64,000 nt of DNA. Origin: Gekko japonicus (lineage: Eukaryota). Below, piece by piece: positions 40,897 to 53,748 of the stretch (position 1 is its first letter; the number at the start of each line of letters is the position of its first letter). The translations under genes and the position numbers were made by a program. The stretch is taken from positions 186,001-250,000 of the forward strand of contig NW_015169777.1 of assembly GCF_001447785.1 (NCBI RefSeq). The letters run 5' to 3'. The notes beneath the pieces were generated by a model, which made no database searches, was not told the DNA's origin, and was given only the letters and a program-made list of their open reading frames with translations.

Positions 40897-40934
40897 TATC
40901 TGAAGAAGTGACCAGTGACTCACGAAAGCTCATA
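40897..40934 (+). ncRNA. Minimal type I hammerhead ribozyme motif (Penelope-associated)
   Basis: tat-CTGAAGA-a-GTGA(ccagtgac)TCAC-GAAA-GC-TC-ata: conserved core boxes, 4-bp stem II, palindromic AGCT in place of stem III, 3-bp stem I. Confidence 0.65.
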
Positions 40935-40950
40935 CCCTGCCACAAATGTT

Positions 40951-41481
40951 GGCTGCAGTCACACGTAACAGAAGCCACACAAGTGAGACGGAAAACAGCC
41001 GGAGTTTCCGGGCGCGATCTCACCAGCACATCTGGGAAGCGTAGCACTCCCGTGGCTCAACCGAGGCTTCCAGCCGAAACTGCGTGGCAAAAAACTAGTA
41101 CCTTGGAGGTATTAGTTTCCGGAAACTGCGGGGCAAGGGCGGGCGTCTGATCGCGTTTCCGGTGGCATCCGGCGCCCGCCCATGTCCCCTTGCAAATAAG
41201 GTGTGTTTTTTTGTCCAAGTCTCTGTGGATGTGCATGCGCACCCAACGGAGCATGCGCATTTGTCATGTACACAAAAATAAAAAACAGTTTGCTGCGGCG
41301 CGCGCTTCTTCGTTGTGCGCCGGCTTGTCCTGTGATCGGCACCTCTCCCTTGCCATGGAACCTCCATGGTACCTCCACAGGACCTCCACAGGAGGTCTGA
41401 TCACATAACTGTGCAGTAGTTTGCCCCAGGGCAAACAGCCACGCTTCTCCTCTGCAGTTTCCTGCCCGTGTGACCGGGGCC
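40951..41481. mobile_element. CpG-rich Harbinger-like MITE
   Basis: Imperfect TIRs GGCTGCAGTCACACG / CGTGTGACCGGGGCC; 3-bp TSD GTT. Confidence 0.7.
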
Positions 41482-44400
41482 GTTGTTCGTCTTTAAGGTG
41501 CTACCAGACTCTTGCTCTTTTCTACTGTTACAAACAGACTAAAACAGCTACCCATCTTGATCTGCTGCCCCATCAGTTTCATTGGATGCCCTCAAGTTCT
41601 AGTATTTTGGGAGAGGGAGAAAAAGTACTATTTGTCAACTCTTTCCACCCCATGCATAATTTTATAAACTTCTACCATGTCCCCCTTTAGTCATCTCTTT
41701 TCTAAACTGAAAAGTCCCAGATGCTTCAGCCTCTCCTCCTAGGGAAGGTGCTCCACATTTAACATTCCATTACAATAAAAGGAGTGAGTTTTGTTCACAT
41801 TCAAACTGCCAGGAGAATGACTGGGCCAAGGCAAATCAGAAATAATGACTGGGCCAAGGCAAATAAGAACAGGTGTAGAGCAACCCCCATAGGAGCTATT
41901 TGTGAGTACTAATGAGTTTATTTTAAAGTTTCAGAACAGATTCACAGAGCTCTATCAAAGATTCTTCAATTATGTTAATTCTCTTCGATCTCATTTGAGC
42001 CCTCAGAAGCAGAAGTTGCAGGACAAACTGGAAGAATTTTTTTCCTAATGCTATATGCCAATCATAATATAATAATAATAAATAAATAAATGGTTAAACA
42101 AACAAACAAATGGTTAAACAACGTCTGTAACACAATGTCATTATAAAGGAGAACCCAATGCAGAGGTTTCACCAAGAATATCAAAGACTTATTGCTGATT
42201 TCCATAGGCATCATATGGTATTTGTCTGATTAATTTCAGTAGTAATTAACAGTACACAGATCCTAATACAACTTAATGATTACCTTACCATGCTAAACAG
42301 ACAACAGTAGCATTTGTAACACTAAAAAGAAAATCCTTACAGGGCGACAATATAAAACAGTTTGCTTTTAAGAGATAATGTGGATTCAACATATCGTCTT
42401 CAAAAGTAAAAACAAATAAAATAATTGCTTTTGGTCCCTAGAAAATCTTTTGTGTTACAGTTCAGTACTGGTTACTCATGTCTTCTTTGATCCAGTTACA
42501 GTCCCCTCTTCCTTCTCCTTATGACATTTTCTTTCCATAAATATTTACCATTATGAGGTAAGTGATCACACACATAGAATCATTCCATGCTGAACCTAAG
42601 TTAGACTGAAAACAGCAGTATGATCAATCTGCAAGACTATTATGATAGTAAAAATACCGTAACAGGTTTACCAAAATTTGTTAAGATTATCTGGAACTGA
42701 AAACCTTAATTATGTTCAGAACCAGGAAACAGTCCTAGATCCTCCTTTAACTGGGAGCATTTGAAAGTATTTCTGCTAAAAACAGAATAACTCCGCTTTG
42801 AAGAAAAATTGTTATGAATTAATTACCTATTGGTATTTAACCTCAGAGTATAGCTAAAATTTATAAAATTCTTGAAAAATGCTGGAAATCAAAGAGAGCA
42901 GATTTTTTGCACTGCTGCTAGCAAATCAAAGACTTCTCAGTATCATATAATAAATATGACTAATAAGATGCTCAAAGGTAACATCTCTATGGAACCTAAA
43001 GCTGGTTTACTTTTAATAGTTAGAGAAAATAATTGTTGTTTTCGACAATAGCTGTGGCTAGACTACTACTTGCAGTGTAAAGGGAATCTAAAGGCATCTC
43101 TCATTGCCATCCAGCCTTCATATTGTTGGCCTCTCCATTCCCCCTCCATCTTGGCTTTGTGCCACTCACACAGGGCCCAAAAATAATAGCTTTGGGTCGT
43201 TGCCATTACAAATCCTGAAGGTTGACTAGACGGGGGACAGGATTGGAGGCACACTCACCATGATCCCATCACAGCTTGCCGGAAAACAACGGTCTCAGAG
43301 AGATCTGGCCCATCTGGTGCTGGGGCTTTTGGACTATTAACTAGAACTGCTCAAAAACTAATCAAGGGGCATTTCGACACAAGTACTTGTCACTCCACTC
43401 ACATTCATTTGGAGAAAGAACTCCCACCACATCAGCATCTTCAGTTAAAAATTTCTTTTCCAACTTGACTTGATATATTCATACGTTCCACTGAGGTAGC
43501 CAAGACAGATTCTACTGACCCTCCTTGTGTACTCAAACTTCTCTTTTCATTAAGAGTTCCCAGTATTTGGAAACTCTCCCTATCACATCATTGTGCCAGC
43601 CAGGGAGCCTCCCAGTGAGTTCACCTAGGTTCTCCTCTCCTTTCCCAAGTAAAAAAAAAAAAGGGAAACTTCTGCATCCTATTCAGTTCCAAGTCTTATA
43701 ACTGAAGACAAAAATCTACCCTCAAATGATGCATGGTACTCAGATCCTGTTATGTTCTGCCCTGTACATTTAAAGCTTGCATACTGATATGGGATCATTT
43801 TTTGACAAAGGGGTTATTGGTGTGTATGTCATCCCCTCAAGCAGGGAGTAAATCTAACCCAGCAGCTACTGTCAAAGATTTCTTCCTTATGCTCAGTCTT
43901 CCCCATAGTGAGTTTGGACAAGACTGGAAAGCAGGCCTCATTCACACAAATACGTGTGTAAACTATACATGTGTTTTCCCAACACACACAGTAGCACTCA
44001 AAGGTTAAATAATGACTTTAAACACTCTGGAATTGTTATTAACAGCTCTAAAAGTAATACGTTTTTTGATGTTTGTACTCCTGTGCTAGTTTTAGAGGTT
44101 GTCTGTAAGATGTTTTTTTTAATATTTTTTGAACTAAATATAATTTTTCTATTGAATCCAAATGTTTTTTTTTTAAATGTGATTTTTAACCAATAAAAGT
44201 TTTTAAAATTTGTGGCTAAATTGTGTTTTGCTGTTTATAACATCTGTATCTTGAACTAAATAATACTTTCCAAGACTCCTCTGTGGACACAATCACTGGC
44301 TCACTAATTAACCGCAGGCTCAATCCACCAAAAGTCCTCTTATTCACAACTCAACATAGAGAGCAGGAGTCACACAAGAACATATCTGTGTGGGTGGATA

Positions 44401-44692
44401 CATGAGCTGAAGTCTTTATTTGAACTACTTATATCCTTTGACTTCAGTAGAACTGATGGAGCCTAACTGTGCCCAGTATGGCAACTCAGGTCTGCCATTC
44501 TTCAATGGGCCCTGTCAGCAACTTTAGCTTCTGACCCTTACATTAAGGATGTTTGTGCTCCCTCAGTTTTGCAGACAAACTGCACACGGCTAAGAAATAT
44601 CTTTTATATTGCACATTGTCTATTTTGATACAGTCCTAGTCAGTGTTTGAAGTGTGGTATAAAATAAGAGAGACAAGAATTCAGTTTCCAAC

Positions 44693-44787
44693 CTTCTGGC
44701 AGAATCTTGTTGTTGGGCCATCTTCTGCTGATTCAGCAAACTCTGTCCAAGGAAGCTTCTCTCTTGTACAGAAAGCAAAAGGCATTG
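44693..44787 (-). CDS. UPB1: UPB1 exon 4
   Basis: (T)[31 protein letters not shown], 95 nt. Confidence 0.97.
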
Positions 44788-44824
44788 CTGGAAAAACACC
44801 AGAGCAAGAAATCAACACCTGTTA

Positions 44825-45335
44825 TGTAGTGGGTAGCCGCATGGATGAACGACAGACAACGACGTGGTGCATAGCACGCTTTATTAGCACACAACAAGAC
44901 AAGAGATAAACGGCCGGCAGGCCAACTATATACACACCTGGGGACCGCCCCTGGTCACCATTGGTGGGTTCAAATCTCCCGCCACGGATCCCATTGGTTC
45001 CCCAGAGGAGGGACTAGGATCCTAGTCCCTATTGTTGTTCGGACTGAAGCTAGGGCATATGCGCTGACCTCCGGTGGCGGTCCGCGGACACTACACCCCT
45101 CCCCCCATAGTCCGGACCTTGCCCTATGAAACATAGTCTTTCAGGTACGCTGGAGGCTGACGTGCCCTTGCTGAGCGTCTGGGTCCCTGTGCTGGGGCCT
45201 CGGGAGGCCTGACCTCCGGGGCGGGTGCTACCGGTGGCGCCGGGGCTTCCGCGGCCGCAGGTTCGGGCTCCGGGGGCCTCTCTTCGGCAGACGGGGGCTG
45301 GGTGCCCCGGAGTGAGTTCTCTGGTGCTGAACCTT
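44825..45335 (-). mobile_element. 3' end of a Gypsy-type LTR retrotransposon (pol/integrase tail, PPT, 3' LTR)
   Basis: LTR TGTAGT...ACTACA 45095-44825; PPT GGGGGGAGGGG 45106-45096; ORF tail ...GPRRSARARQPPAYLKDYVS* with stop at 45124-45126. Confidence 0.85.
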
Positions 45336-46839
45336 AGTCATCGTTCTGAAAGCCAGAATAATAACAAACAAAAAGAAAAAAAATCCAGCCTGTTCCCAGG
45401 CTGCATTTTCCCAGAGTCACCTGGATGCACAAGACAACAACCCTGGTTTTGATGCTTAACGTTTCATAGTTGACGCCAAGATCTTTCTATTTCTAGGATT
45501 ATTATGCAGGCAACTTTGTTTAGTGCCAGACAATAGGCTACTTCTTTGTCTTGGAATAAAAAATTATATTAACATGATTATCTTTTCAAGTTCACCCCAC
45601 TGCTGGGCTGAATTCAGATATCACTGCAAATATACAATGCTCTTGAGAATGGAGATGACTCACACACTTAGGAATTTCCTCCCCACATCAACAACAGATG
45701 TTGTTCTGTTACAACAACCACTGTCTACCCCACTCTGCCACACAGCTTGTGGGGCACCCTTGGGCTCATTGCTCTCTCTCTCTTACACACACACACTAAC
45801 CTATCCCACAGGGCTGTTGTGAAGAAAAGCTGGAGAAGGGGAGAAGCATGTCTACTGCCCTGAGCTCCACAGAGGAAGCAAGAGATGAAACTGTGACAGA
45901 TTGATCTGACCACTGGCACATGAGACACCTCTGGTTGGATTCTTCCAAACAGTCTCAGTTCAGGCAGGTGACTCTGCCCTGATTCTACACTGTATGGAGC
46001 TGGGGGGAGGTATTGACGTTACAAAGCAGGAAGTTGAGTTGCAGAATGGGCATGCTGGACAGAGCTGTGGCAAGGAGCAAAGCTGTGAGGCTATACAGTG
46101 TTTGGCAGTGGAAGGTACATAGCAGGAAACTGTTTTCTTCTGACAGGGCTTCACAATTTCTGAATCCTCTGAGGACTTTTTTTTAACTTCTACCTAAATA
46201 AGAGGTCTGTGCCTTTGAAAATCTCATGCCATACCAATAAAAAAGCTCCCTGCGTGATCACTCAATCATTCCCTTCTGCAGAAATTAAGCAAAATTACCC
46301 AATTCAAATAAGGCTGCCTGTTGCATCTGTACATGAGTCACTGCTCTAGACTTGTCTCCTTATAGACCAGTGAGTCACAGAGGAAAGACAAGGGGGCAGG
46401 CTCCTCTGAAGGTGGATCATTCTTATACATTGTAAAAGTCTTCTGGGGTATGAATGAAGAGTTACTCCTATTTCGGGGGGGGGGGAGTATGGCATGTATC
46501 AAAAGTTTGGAAAACTCTAGTTTAAAGAAAGAGATATTGCCCAATGACATAACACAAAAAAAGGGTAGCTGAGAGAAAACATGAATGAATGACATGGCTA
46601 TAGACAACCACTGAAAATTCTTTCTGGGGAGGCTTGAATGGGATCTTGACCGGGCCTTGCTCTTCTCCAGGAGTCTGTCATTCTTCTTTCAGCATTTGAT
46701 GTTTGTTTATAAATCTGGAGAGTTTCTATTTAATTATTATTGCAAGCTTTAATGTAGCATTTTAATTGATCTGGGGGTTTGAGCATTAATTACATCAGAG
46801 CCTCCCAAATGCAGGGAAACAAAGCAAAATGCCACTCAC

Positions 46840-46927
46840 TCCAGGCCTCCTGGAAACAGACTACATTCACTTTACACATCGCGGCCACCTCCACGATCTC
46901 TTCTATGCGCCTGTGCAGGGCAGCTAC
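46840..46927 (-). CDS. UPB1: UPB1 exon 3 (catalytic Glu)
   Basis: [29 protein letters not shown], 88 nt. Confidence 0.97.
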
Positions 46928-47784
46928 CTAGAAAACAACAGAACTGCTGTAAAAGTTTACACGTAACATCTGAACAGTTCAATTTTACTATATAACCTGA
47001 ATATAGAACCTTCTGCTGAAAAGCAGTAAATAAATACAGTAAGTAATTAATGTTCCCATTTTGCTTCCAACTCAGGCACAAACTAAATCCCAAGTTTAAC
47101 TTCTGATGGATTTGAAATGCCTCAATAAAAAGCAGTGGGGGTCTCAGTGTACTGCTGTGAAGAAGAGCTGATAAAGAGTATCTTGGACAGGCAGATCCTG
47201 GTGCTGCAGATATTCTTATCTATTCCTTTGAGGTCTACTCCCATTCTAAACCTTGTTAGGACTCTGTTTAGAACAGTGAAGCTGGAATGTGTGGCACTTC
47301 TCAAACTGAAAAGGGTGCCCTCCCTCCCTTTATACTCCTTTTTTCTGCTGTAAATAACACAATACTCCCTGACACAACTCTCCCTGCAACTCCATCAAAG
47401 GATGGAGGACTGTATGAAGCACTGTCAGAGTTTTAATAACTATATCTGTTTCACTTTAACCCAATGGTTCTCACTTCTAAATTGATTGTACTGTTGGAGG
47501 CCACACCTAAACTTGCTGTACTTTTTAGATCCACTCACAAAGTTAACTCCATATCATTTACCTGCACCAGTATAAAATTCAGGCATCTTAGATCAGTTAA
47601 CAGTGAACAAGCTTACATTCTATATTTCATTTTTATTATTTCCATATGTGTAGCATTACTGAATAAAAGGCTCTACTTCATGGCTATTTTGCCCTTCATG
47701 CAGAAAAAACCCCAAATTTACCACTGAGCTTCCCAAAACCTACTCTCCCAACTCATCCTCATTTTCCTTTTGATATAACAAAGT

Positions 47785-50570
47785 TTGAGTCCAGGGGTAC
47801 CTTTAAGACCAACAAAGTTTAATTCTGGATATAAGCTTTCATGTCCATGCAATTCAGATACATTGAAACAAGACTTCCTCAACCATTACATATAGGTGGG
47901 GAGGCAGCTGACAGGAAGGGCTAATTAGAGTCAAGATGCATAAGTAACTGAGCAATAAATACAGCTAAGATTAGATTAAAGCAGTTGGTAAAACCTGTGA
48001 ATAGCAATTAATTAGCATACAGATAATAAAAGAGTTAACACGAGAGAACTAAGTTTGAGTCTAGTGGCACCTTTAAGACCAACGAAGTTTATTCTTGGTA
48101 TAAGCAAGAACTGAGTGACTTAGTATGTGTAGTGAGATAAGGACCCAACATCTCTGTTAAGCCCTGGGGGTTCCATTGTCCTGAGTGTTGTAATAACTTG
48201 TAATTCAGCAATCTCCCGTTCTAGTCTGTTTCTGAAATTCCTTTGCAATAAAACAGCTACTTTGAGGTCTCCCAGAGTTACTGGGAGGTTGAAATGTTCT
48301 CCTGTAGGTTTCTCAATTTTGTGATTCTTGATGTCAGATTTGTGTCCATTTATCCTTTGGACCGGTTTGCCCTATGTAGAGAACTGAAGGGCACTGTTGG
48401 CATTTAATTACATGTACAATGCTAGAAGATGAGCAAGTGAATGTGCCTGAGATGGTATAGTTGATGTTGTTAGGTCCAGTGATTGTGTTGTCTGGGTGTA
48501 TGTGGCAGCAAAGCTGGCATCTGGGTTTATTGCAAGCTCTGGTACCAGTGTCTATGTTCAAATCACTGTATTATGTTGTATTATTGTGGGTGAGAGTTGT
48601 TTAAGATTGGGAAGCTATGTGCAAGAAAAGGTTTGCCCCCAGTACTTATGAAAGAGAACTGTCATTATCCAGAAGTTGTAAGCCACTGATGATGCACTGA
48701 ACTGATTTGAGTTGGGAGCCTATGTGACCACTAGTGGTATTTTGTTATTGTTCCTTTTGGGCCTGTATTGCAACAGGTTTTCTCTGGCTTTGTTATTCTG
48801 TTTCTTGACTTCATCAGGTGGATGTTTTAGTTCCAAAAAGGTTCGTTGTAGATCCCTCAGGTGAGAATCTCTTTCTGTAGGATTGGAGCAGATGTGGCTG
48901 TAGCATACAGTCTGGCTGTATACAATGGATTGTTTGGTATGTTTAGGATAGTAGCTGGAGGCATGTAGATACGTTTGTCCATAAGTAGGTTTCCAGTATA
49001 AGGTGGTGTCTATGCATCCATAGTATATTTTTACAACAGTGTCCAGAAAATGTATTTCTTGTTCATTGTCAGGATGGTGGGGTGAAAGTCATTGAATGCC
49101 TGGTGGAATATGTCCAGGGCTTCTTTACCATGTGTCCATACAATAAAGATGTCATCAATGTATCACAGGTATAAGAGAGGTGTGAGTGGGTAGGAGTTTA
49201 GGAAGCATTGCTCCAAGTCGGCCATAAAGATGTTAGCGTACTGTGGGGCCATCTGGGTGCCAATGGCTGTACCATTGATGTGAAGGAACAAATTGTCACC
49301 ATATTTGAAGTGGATATGGGTGAGAACAAAATGGCACAGTTTGGTGGCAAAGTCAGCTGTGGTGTTGTCAGAAATTATGTCCCTTATGGCTTGTAATCCC
49401 TTTTTGTGGGGGATGTTGGTTTACAGAGATTCGACATCCATGGTAGCTAAAATAATATTCTCTGGATTGTATTTTCCTCAGAAAGTCTGTGGTGTCACAC
49501 ACATAACTAGGAGTGTTGATGGCATAGGCATAGAGCAGAGTCCATGTATCCAGATACCCTGACAGTAACAGTGCCTATGCCTGAGACAATGGGGTATTCT
49601 GGGCTGCTGAGTTTGGGTATTTTGGGTAGAAGACAAAAGGTACCTGGTCGAGGTTCCTGTGGTGTATATGAAAGGATCTGTTCCTGAATGTGTAGGGGTA
49701 ATTTATAATCTTGTTTAGTTCTTTTTTGTATTCCTGTGTGGGACCTGAGTCCAGTTGTTTGTAAAAAGCAGTATTTGAGAGTTGTCTTTGAGCCTCCTGG
49801 ATGTAGTCTGATCTATTCAAGATGACAACAGCTCCACCATTGTCTACCTCTTTAATTATAATATCTGGACTGTTCCTGAGACTGTGTATGGCCTTCCTTT
49901 CAGCATGGTTGAGATTCTGTTGTATGCAATGGTGTTTGTTGATCACATCGGTTTGGACTTTATGGTGAAAACATTTGCTGTAAAGATCCAGTATGGCATT
50001 GTGACCATCATTTGAAGTGTTGTTTTGATGGCAGTTGGTGGTTAGTATCTTGCTCATTGGTGGGCTGGAGGGATGGTAGCTGTTTTCCAATAGATTGTGT
50101 GATGGTATGTTGTGAAGATGCTGCCTGTTCTTTCTTGATCTGTTCTTGCATACATTGAAAATACTCCTTCAGCTGTAGACAGGGGAAAAAGGCTTCCAGG
50201 GCCCACTGAACTGATTAATCTGTGTGGATTTGGTGGGGCAGAATGAAAGCCCACATGAAAGAACTGATTCCTCTGCAGGGCTGAGCCTGTGCTGTGAAAG
50301 GCTGATATTGTTGGAGGAGTTCTTGTTGTTAAGATTAGCAGCCTGTGGGTAGGAGAGTATTTTTGTTGCTTCAGCAACTCCAGTTGAGAGTTGTAGATGG
50401 TTTTCTTTTCTTATTGAAATTTTGTCAAGCAGATCGATTCCTCGTAGAAGTGTCCAGTTCAGAGAGTTTCTCCTTGATCAGCTTCTGTTCATAATACAGC
50501 CCACTGATCAGATGTCTGAGTAGCTTTTTGGAGAATGTGAGACAATTTTTCTGCATAGCTCATAGGATAA
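47785..50570 (-). mobile_element. Decayed Penelope-like retroelement (Neptune-type; RT + GIY-YIG)
   Basis: DIIIKEVDNGGAVVIL (DKG-like motif), YIDD at 49151-49162, Cys-rich linker CNKPRCQLC, IVHVIKCQQCPSVLYIGQTG; repeated terminal motif at 47785 and 48055; frameshifts. Confidence 0.88.
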
Positions 50571-51247
50571 GTGGACTCTAAATTCTCAGTCTGACATGTA
50601 ACTCATCAGTTTGAGAACTACTGTAACTTTGAAGTGAGAGCAGATTTAAAGAATGACATGGTCTTCCATCATATCTTAAGTATATCTTAATGTGCATTCA
50701 GAAGAGAAAGAAAGCCTATTGTAACAAATCCAAACAAGCATAACTTCTTTACTAAGACCAATGAAAACAATAAATATATATGAACATAGTTTTAAGATGA
50801 TTCTGGAAGCTCTGGGAAGATTACATTCATTTATGCCCAGTGCAGATCTGATATGAGACAAAGAAACAACAGCATTTCCCCTTTGAAAGTAGTTATAACT
50901 TCAAGAGCTATTCAGATCTGTCTGGAAAACTTCCTTACACTGGCAGGGAGTGGGGGTGGAGAGGGCTCAGTGGCCAGGCCAAGTCATGTCAATACGTAAA
51001 CCTGTCCCTGAATAAACAGTGCGAATTAAGATCATTTGCACAAATCTGCAACCTATTTCTGTTATCCACTCTGCTAGTTTTTTGACACTCAGCTCTGAGA
51101 TTTTGTCACATGCAAGGCAATCAAAGACTTGCAGATTGTGGTGCTTCGCTAGGTAAATATTTTGCGTGTGTTTTATTTCTGTGACTTAATGTGGGGTTTT
51201 ATATGTATATTCCTGTAGTTTGAAATGCAAGCCTCTAGAGTAAGAAA

Positions 51248-51903
51248 GGAGAGGCTGTGCTCAGTGGTAGAGCATCTGCTTGGCATGCAGAAGGTCCCAG
51301 TATCAATTCCTGGCATCTCCAATTAAAAGGATCTGGCTGTAGCTGATGTAAAAGATCTCTGCCTGAGACCCTGGAGAGCGGCTGCCAGTCTGAGGTCCCT
51401 GCCACACGGCAGGGAAAACGACGGTCGAACTGCGGCAAATGTAAGCCGCAGCAAAGTTGAGACGGCGTGGCGGGATTTCACAGATCCCCCGAGCCGCGGC
51501 ACGGCGCTCCCCGGCACGATCAGATGCCGGGGAGAAAGCGATGGTGCGAAGGGGAGCCTGGCGAACTGCGCATGCTCACACATGCGCAGTTCGGCCAGGA
51601 GCCGGGGATGCGCCGGCGCAAGGACGCACCGGCGATCCCACGGCCAGTGTTGCTGCGGCCCGTCGAAAAGAACCACCTCGGGAGGTGGTTCTTTTTTGGA
51701 GCGGATCAACGCCAGAAGGGACGGATCAGGGACGGAGACGGTACGCTCCCCAGATGTTGATGTGGGATTGCGCCCGTTTGCTCCGCCCCCGTTCCGTCCC
51801 GCTCCCGGCCCAAACGGCCTCGTATGGACAGGACCTGAGTAGACAGTACTGACTCTGACGGACCAAATGTTTGATTCAGTATAAGGCAGCTTCACGTGTT
51901 CAA
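51248..51903 (+). mobile_element. tRNA-derived SINE interrupted by a MITE
   Basis: Head at 51248-51393 resumes at 51836 (tgagtagacagtactgac...aaggcagcttcacgtgttc). Confidence 0.8.
51394..51835. mobile_element. CpG-rich Harbinger-like MITE
   Basis: TIRs GGTCCCTGCCACACG / CGTATGGACAGGACC; 3-bp TSD TGA. Confidence 0.8.
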
Positions 51904-52027
51904 AGGGGGAGGGGCCTGAATGGGTGATTGAAGTGTGGATGGCAGCCATATGGAGGGGGGAGTTAACTGGCTTTGTGGAGAGGGTTTGTGGTAGAGAAAG
52001 AAGGAGCTGAGTGGGTGAAGAGACTGA

Positions 52028-52311
52028 GGGCGATTTCTCACTAGAGCTGCCTCGCAGCACAGCCGCCGTTTGCCCCGACACAAACATGTCAATTTCACAC
52101 CCGAAGCTCCAGGGCTGCATGTTGACTCGTGGCTTTGCCCGATTTCCTCCGCAGTTTCATGATCCTGGTTTTTGAGGATCATGAAACTACGGAGGAAATC
52201 GGGCGAAGCCGCAGGTCAAATGCAGCCCCGCAGCCTCAGGTGTGAAATTGACATGTTTGTGTTGGGGCAAACGGCGCTGCGCTACGAGGCAGCTCTAGTG
52301 AGAAATCGCCC
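52028..52311. mobile_element. Fully palindromic Harbinger-like MITE
   Basis: GGGCGATTTCTCACTAGAGCTGCCTCG ... CGAGGCAGCTCTAGTGAGAAATCGCCC; arms pair almost to the centre; TSD TGA. Confidence 0.9.
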
Positions 52312-53748
52312 TGAGTGAGGTGCTGTAGAGTATGAGAGAAATCTGTGTTCTTTGTGGAAGCCATTAGCCTAAATAAGCCTGTGTGGTCTATTTAAGGAAC
52401 TTTAGAGAAAGAAGAACTATACCTATCTGAAACCATTATGCTTATGAACTACACTGAAACCGTTACACTGTTAAACTATAGTTAAGTGGAAACAGCTGTT
52501 TTATTTAGCACAAAGGATCTCCTTTTACCACAGAACCACCCCTATATGCTGACCATTTTGTCATTCTATGAAATACAACTAAGCCATCCTGTTCTTTTGG
52601 TCCACCTGAAAATTTTAAGGTGGCAGTGAAAATAAGTAGGAAACACTAAGGAAGGTAAAGAAGGCAGCATATCATACATCTGAGAACATCACAGGCAGGT
52701 GCTATTACAGGTATTACATATAAGGGGTTTCAGAAAGAAGCAAAACATCACAGAGATGTTTAAACACAACAGCAAAAAATAAAGCTACTGTTATAACCAC
52801 AATCAGAATAGAAATAAATGAACTAGAAACACACTCGCCTGACATCTACTTTACTGTCTTTTAAGTGCCAGGCTAAAACGTATCTTTTTACATGGCCTTT
52901 TAATTAGGGGATTTATCTTTCCAGCTGTTTTATGGTCTGTTTCTGGTCTGAGGTGTGTTTTATGGATAGTTTTATGCTGTCTTTATGTCCCCAGGCTTGT
53001 TTTTACATAGATAACTGTTTGCAGTGTAAGCCACTTACAGTAAGATTCTGAAGAGGTGGCACAGAAATCTCCTAAATAAACAAACAGAAGATACATTAGA
53101 CTGAACATTAGTATTATGGGTTCTCTGCACCTAGCACGGATGTTTGGCAGCATCCCTTTGTATCAAAGGGAATTCTGTGGGGCTGTCATGTTAAGCGGAC
53201 AGTTTGATTTTCTGCAATTCCAGCAGAATGTCTGCACAGTGTTCTTTGACAGGGAGCTGCAGTAGGTAAAGAAAATTGGTTATGTGGAGCCTTTGATCAG
53301 AAATCTGTTATACAATCATGGGATAAAAGGTCCTAAATGCATCTTCTTAATTTTTTATACTTTCAGAAAGCAACCCAGACACTGAAGCAAATTAAGAGAG
53401 ATAAGACATCCCTGCCAAGATCATAAGATTGTAACTCATACTGCTTGCAGTTCAGGATATCAGGTAGACAACAGACAATATGACATTTCTGATGCATGGA
53501 ATTCACAACTCTCCAGTCCGTCTGAACAGGAAAATGCATTGTGTTGCCAGAACACTGAGATTCAGAGTTACGGGAGCAGGCAGTTATCCAGCTAGCCCTG
53601 GAGCACAGCTGTTTCACACTGTTGCAATACAATGGGGAGTTTCCTCACAATTTATAACTACCCCCATCTTTTTTGTGGCCCCCAACTTGTAGTAATAAGG
53701 ATGATGAAGTTAGTCTTTGGCCACCCTCTTTCCTAGAAACAACAGTAC

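Larger units (their letters stand above)
40844..41561. mobile_element. Penelope-derived inverted-repeat element, interrupted at 40951-41481
   Basis: gagtccagtagcaccttaaagactaacaaaat arm and its inverse gtctttaaggtgctaccagactc. Confidence 0.75.
40476..41755 (-). mobile_element. CR1 LINE 3' fragment split by nested insertions
   Basis: (ATAAGAAC)n end at 40476; DKRKYYLTQRLIKMWNLLPE; resumes at about 41562. Confidence 0.8.

Noticed and set aside
51323-52120. 265-aa minus-strand ORF
   Set aside because: Runs across a SINE and two GC-rich MITEs; no recognisable domain
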